A stretch of 54,879 nucleotides of DNA, taken from positions 1 to 54,879 of the forward strand of contig JAUCBJ010008993.1 of NCBI GenBank assembly GCA_032718475.1, in the 5' to 3' direction. Below the pieces are notes generated by a model. The model was not told the origin of the DNA. It made no database searches and worked only from the letters and a program-made list of their open reading frames with translations. This DNA is from Nemertoderma westbladi. Taxonomy: Eukaryota; Animalia; Xenacoelomorpha. Below, one piece after another: positions 49,101-54,879 of this stretch; position 1 is the first letter of the stretch, and each line of letters begins with the position of its first letter. The position numbers and the translations under genes are program-made.

Positions 49101-51082
49101 ATTGGTATGCCCTTTTGTATATTGACTAATTTGTCGCGTTCTAGCGCGATACTTTGCTGCACTTCTTGCAATTCGGCCCTACTTTCCCTTACTGTTCCCT
49201 TAAGCTGGTGGACAGTCTCCTGCATCTGTCCGAGCAGGAGATTCATCCCCCGCCGTCCCTCCTCTACCCACTCGACCGCCGAAGCGGGAGTCGCCAACAT
49301 TGTAGCGGGCTGACGCGGGACGACGGGAGACAAATCTTTGATTTCTCTCTCAGCTTCCAGGACAGGGATATTCTCATGGACTGTTCTACCGGGTACAGGC
49401 AGTGTAGTACTGTGTAAAGGGAATTTAGAGTTAAGCTCTGGAAGTACAGAGGTCTCTAACACAGAAGTGACTTTGGGAACGACAGGCCTAATTATTTCAG
49501 GCTCATCAACTATTGTAGGGAGTCTTTTGACCTGAACAGTTTGGTCTATGGGTTCCGTACTACCTAAGTCTGTGCTAGCTAGCTGTCTTTTAACAGCTGG
49601 GGGCAAATCAGGCAATTTGTGACGGTGAGATGTTTTTCTACGCCTGCTTAGACGAGATCTATTTCCTCCGCCTTCAGGATCGGTGGTTTCGCTTTCCTCC
49701 GATGATGTGTATCCCTGGCGTTTGGGAGTAGATCGTCTCATCATCTGCATTTGCCTAGCAGTTAACTGTTTATTTATGTTGTCTTGCGTCTCTTGCAGAT
49801 TTTCCAACTCCAGTTGGGTAGTCTGCTCAGAGGCTCTCCGTTCTGCTTCTGCCACTGCCTTTGCTGCCTTTCTTTCTACTTCTGCTTCTGCCATAGCCGC
49901 CGCCTTTTGTTCCTCTATCCGTCTTTTCTTTATTTGTTCTTCTTGAACTCTAGCGAGGCGGAGTTTTTCATCAAATTCTGCTTGGTTAGCAGCTAACATT
50001 TCAGCATCTATCGAGTCTAACACACGTTGGGTTCCTTCACTATTAGGGGAAAGTCCAGACAGCCGTCTCCTCAACTCTTCGTCTCCTAGGAATCGCTGAT
50101 AGTCGGACAGATAAATGTCTATAGCGTCTCTCGTTCGTGGTCTCTCTGCGGTCTCTTCGCCTTCTACTTGAGGAAGGGTGGCATCGGTTGGTTCTTCATA
50201 GGTTAGTCTCTCAGACAGCTGGGATTTCCACTGGTCTGTTTCTTGTACTTGGAGACCTACCCGCTGGAACCAAGTTTTGACAGCAACCTGCAGCGACGTG
50301 TCCTGTCTTCTTTTGGAAGTTTCCTCAAAAGCTGATAGGATTAGCCGAATGCATAGGGTTCTTTCGCGTACTTGATATAGCAGTTCTTCCTGCTCTTGAG
50401 GTCCTTGGGGTTGTCGAAACAGTTGTTCTTCCAATCGCTCTAAGGAGCCGAAGAATCCCTGCACATATCCTGCTGCCGACCTCTTCCAAACAGCTGGATC
50501 CATCGTATCTTTAGCCACTCCCATCCTGTGTATATCTTCCCAAGTAGCCTCGGACAGATCTAACGGGAGTCCGGGTCCGGGAAAGTTCCATTGTGACTCG
50601 ACAATAGACATCAATTCTTCCCTGGCGTATCCCGCATAATTATCTTGGGTCGCTCGCTTATTTCTCGCCCAATCTGCTTGATGTTCCTCCACCGCAATCA
50701 ATATAGTTGTTAGCACTGCGGCAGGAAGGGTGAGAAGGGGGTCCGAGTAGGCTTTAGCCGTCATCTGCAATCCGCGTTCGGGGGTCAGTTCGACAGTATC
50801 CGAACTACTGGAGCTATCTGATCGCTGGGAACAAGTTTCTTGACTAGGCTGTTGCTGCTGTGGGACAGCTGCTTCCTGGTTCCGTTTGACTTGGGCCCGA
50901 GTGCCGATGATAGACCTACGGTGTTGGATTAGCTTAGGGTCCGATATCACTACTGGAGGGATGACTTTTCTTTCAGTAGGAGGTGAGCTGAACTCCTTTC
51001 TTAATCGCTCAACACTCCTATCTGTGTCACAGATGGTTGTATCGATTAGACTGTCTGACAGGTTTTGCTGAGTGTCAGACAT
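46170..51082 (-). CDS. gag-pol: BEL/Pao Gag-Pol polyprotein (Gag, protease, N-terminal RT); 3' end lost at the artefactual junction
   Basis: Uninterrupted ORF of about 1637 aa. YYLTHHYV.KPGK...RVVFDGSA, SLNSELLPGPNL, DIEGMFLQV are BEL RT motifs. The final VLCVDTTA* is translated adapter. Confidence 0.95.
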
Positions 51083-52384
51083 GTTTAGCTATACAGTTGA
51101 ATGCTTACTGCTATAGTTACAGTTAAAGCAAGTCTAGTAATTCAGTATGACCGTTGGCCTAGTACCGGTAATTTATTGCAGTATTAGAATACCGGTATGC
51201 GCTTATAATATATATATAAGTATTGTAAACTAGGTTTGTCACAGAGTACCGGTATATAATTTTAGCACAAATATATATAAATATATAATAGGCCTATCGC
51301 GAATACCGGTATACAGCTTACACTTATAGTATATATAAGTATAATTATGAACTAGAATTAATTACAGAATACCGGTATGATTTCAGCTCAAATTTATAGA
51401 AATAAATATAATAAGCCTATGGTAAATACCGGTATGTCAATTATTTTAGAATAATTGATTTTCTGAATATTTTAGGGTTACTTGGTTAGACTAACTTACT
51501 TTGTTACCGTTATTTAAGCAGTAGTTCAACTGATTTTGAGACCTAGTTGTTGTATGGCAGGCCTACTATTTATAAATCGTTTGAGTTGATTTATAATAGA
51601 TATATACCCGTTTAAAATGGGTTTTTTCAATATTCAAAATAAATGTTATTATTTCTGGGGGAGTCACTTACACAGAAGCTGTGCGCTCTCAGTGAAGTGC
51701 TATTTATTGGACAATAAAACAGATAATTCTAATTTACCTAAGTTACTTAATACTACAAATTACGTACGATACGGGTGAGATTAAATCTCTAATTAAACAC
51801 AACAAAAATATTACGTACGAATTTTTAGGGTAATTTTACAGGAAGTCTACAAACCAGTCTAACAAAGGGTTAGAATTTCTGGTTATTACTTCGGACAGGA
51901 TACTACGGTATTTGAAAATAATAAGTAGTAGTAAATACACTGCGTTGTCCAGATAGGAAAATACCACCGCCTGACGACCTATAACCGTATCGCTATAGGT
52001 ACTACGTTATGTATCACGGAGTGTTCCTACCTAGAAGTTAATTACCGCGGACTACCAGATCCAGCGTGCCTATTAACCACTTTACAACACAAATATACTG
52101 CCTACACACTAATTACTTCGGAAAGCACTGTACACTAAACCCTAAATTAGGTACAAGTACTGGTACAACAAATAATCAGTAGTTAAATATACTTGAACAG
52201 TTAAAAGAACCACGGCATCTGCTGGAGTGACCAGAGCACAAAGTCACCAGTCTTGTCCTACGCCAAGCAGCCCGTGTAGTACCGGGGTTAATTTAACTAT
52301 AACGGTATGTATAACAAACACAATTACTGTAGGAATAAACTTGGGGACATGAATGTTGCGAATAATCGCATAAACTCTGAATAA

Positions 52385-52940
52385 TAAATATTACGCTACC
52401 CGTACAGAATACTCAAACAAAATACAAACCAAACGCTGGCAGACTACCACCAAGCCTAAATAAACTACTGTATGTGCAGATTCCAAAACGGTTAGTTAGT
52501 ATGCGTTCTAACACGGTAGTACGACTTATTCTTTAAGAGGGGATTGACCTTACAGCTATGGCTGCCCCAACTTACTAACTGGCACTTTATCAGACAAACT
52601 CTACACAAGCAGCAATCTCTTCAGACCTAATAATAGTTAGACAACAATCCAGCCTACAAAATATCTGAGTAATAACTATTACGGTACCACACAGTCCAAA
52701 GAGCTGGCAGAATACTGTCAAGCCTAAATAAACTACAGTATGTGCAGATTCCAAAATTGTTAGTTAGTATGCGTTCTAACACGGTAGTACGACTTATTCT
52801 TTAAGAGGGGATTGACCTTACAGCTATGGCTGCCCCAACTTACTAACTGGCACTCTATCGGACAAACTCTACACACGCCGTAATCTCTCCAAACCCAACA
52901 ACAATCCGACAACAGTCCGGCCTACAATTATCTGAACAAT
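52385..52940. repeat. 268-bp tandem duplication in the 5' leader of BEL element 2
   Basis: AAGCCTAAATAAACTAC at 52452 and 52720. Confidence 0.88.
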
Positions 52941-53288
52941 CTGAGCAGACTTACACGTCTTCAGCTCAATATTAACTTACTAGGAAATAAAACTGACAGA
53001 AATAGACCTAAGTAAAATCCCAATAAAAACCAGGCGTCCCCGATTTAATATCGAGACCTACCGGTATACAATAATCAAAATCGAATAATACTAATGTACT
53101 TATACTGGAAGTACCGGTTAGGACAGTTGGGCCTACGGACCTACAGAAGTACCGGATCTGGCAGTTGGACCTACGGACCTACAGCAGTACCGGTTCTGGC
53201 AGTTGGGCCTACTGACCTACCGAAGTACCGGTTCAGGTTTACCGGTCGACCGGTACTTTCAACTTTATTGCTTACTGCAATAAAGTCA

Positions 53289-53299
53289 ATGACTGTTAT
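53289..53299 (-). promoter_or_regulatory. Non-tRNA primer-binding site of element 2, complementary to its own LTR
   Basis: Sense ATAACAGTCAT abuts the LTR and is the exact reverse complement of the sense sequence at 54083-54093. Confidence 0.8.
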
Positions 53300-54590
53300 T
53301 GTACGCGCTTTTGAAGACCTTTAGCAGTTTAACCTGCCAAAATTTATATGTCTTTTGGTTTATAAATATACTTTAGAAGATGACAAATATTTAATACCAA
53401 TAAACACAACATTAGCAGAAGCCAGCCTAGTGCGCGTCCATTCACCCGCTGGATATTCCCGGGAGACTGGATTCTGAGGGCTTAGATTATTATTGCAGTG
53501 TAAGCTTACTGTACTGTATTATTCGATTGATCGTTAATAATTAATTTCTGACTAATATTATTCACTTTCGGGAAATATTAACAGTTCCTTTAGGACGTGG
53601 CGCTCTATCTAAATAAACAGAGATATGACTTATACTAATCACAACGGTAAGTCGGTAAGGCTTAAGATTCACGTATGAGGCGCATTCTTTAGGAAATGCT
53701 TAGTTATCAATCACAATCATGCACACTACCGGTAACACACAATACTGCTCACTAATTTGCCGACCGTCAATGAATTTTATCATATATAGAGCGAACAGCA
53801 ACGGACCAATGTAGTGCTTATCAAATAGCATTAAATTCACTACATACACAATAATATAAGTCGCAATCGCTATATACAGTATAACCCGTCTCTCTAACCT
53901 GTAGTGTATCAAGAAAATTGGGAAATTTGGGTTCTTTATATATGTTCTCCAAATAATATTCAACCAAAACACAACAGTGAATAGCAGTATAATAATGTAT
54001 GTTGAACCGATAAGTATCAAACAAAGTATAATAAGATAAGTGAATTGTTAAGTTATGATATGAATTGAATTGATGTGCATTGATAACAGTCATACGCTCT
54101 ATAATTTAAGCCTACTAATGTTTCTTCTAAAAGTATGAAACGAATTGACTCTAGAGCCGTTGTTCCTGGCCTAGATAGCAATAACAAAGTATCAAGAAAA
54201 AACAGTAAGACTGAACACTCTCCTTATGATCGACCGAAAAGCTACACGTCGACAGGAAAAATCGCTCTGATTGGCTCAAGCCAAACAAAGAACCATGCGT
54301 CCAATGGCTGTTTCCATGTCAGCAACCAGCTGTTAGATGTCGTAATATGAATCATCAGGGCTAAGCTGTGAAAGGTATTTGTCGCATTGCAGGTTTTTTG
54401 CCTTACCATGTCCGCTAAAACACGTATATAGCAGAATGACTTTTATGTCCGTTAAAACACCTGTAACGGTACCTTGCGGGCGAGGGGAATATATATACAG
54501 TTAGAGAACCCTTTTAGAGTATTCCAGCGCCTGGGGGGAAACTGGATTGCGAAGCAAAAGGGCCAGTTATATCCCACAGAAGCTTTTACA
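53300..54590 (-). repeat. 5' LTR of BEL element 2 (1291 bp)
   Basis: Diverged homologue of the element 1 LTRs; sense termini TGTAAAAG...CGCGTACA. Confidence 0.9.
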
Positions 54591-54879
54591 CATGGTATGG
54601 TCACTGGAAATATATCCATTGGTAAGTTCAGTGGCTTTGTGGTTTAAGGCATGTGCAAGTAAATTTAAGCAGTAAATTTCTTAATATAATATAATTTTGC
54701 AATTAAAATAGTCTTAAAATAGTCATTTAATTACTTCAATATTTTCCACTACCACACATGTTATGAACGTTTGTGCGGCTAAAATACTAAAGTATATTTA
54801 TTGCCTCTTAAATAATTAAATATAAGATAATTATTTTATTGCGCAGAACACCATCTCCATACCGAAACCTAACTAACCA

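Larger units (their letters stand above)
46170..54590 (-). mobile_element. BEL/Pao LTR retrotransposon 2 (5' LTR, leader, gag-pro-partial RT), cut off by the adapter
   Basis: Homologous to element 1 across LTR, leader and gag-pro, but retains the start of RT. Confidence 0.95.

Noticed and set aside
52215-52233. Alternative tRNA-type PBS TGGTCACTCCAGCAG
   Set aside because: About 1 kb from the LTR end, TGG is not conserved in element 1, and I recognise no matching tRNA.

Overview
Repeat-rich eukaryotic genomic DNA, probably from an invertebrate animal. Bases 1-16005 are a 31-33 bp satellite with higher-order structure that ends just before a probable terminal exon of a single-pass membrane protein. 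Next come a tRNA-derived SINE, a decayed CRE-like LINE, an intronless glucosidase II alpha (GANAB, GH31) CDS and two MITEs. A two-LTR, non-autonomous BEL/Pao element (28079-39698, minus strand) encodes Gag-protease only and carries an extra 376-aa ORF. After LINE and Helentron-like remnants and the first coding exon of mitochondrial clpP, a head-to-head library-adapter dimer (46118-46169) marks a chimeric assembly join to the 5' half of a second, diverged BEL/Pao element. Main finding: neither BEL element has a tRNA primer-binding site. In each, the 11-12 nt next to the 5' LTR are the exact reverse complement of a site inside its own LTR, and the sequences differ between the elements while pairing is kept. 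This suggests Tf1-style self-primed reverse transcription in a BEL/Pao lineage. All comparisons were made by eye; no searches were run.
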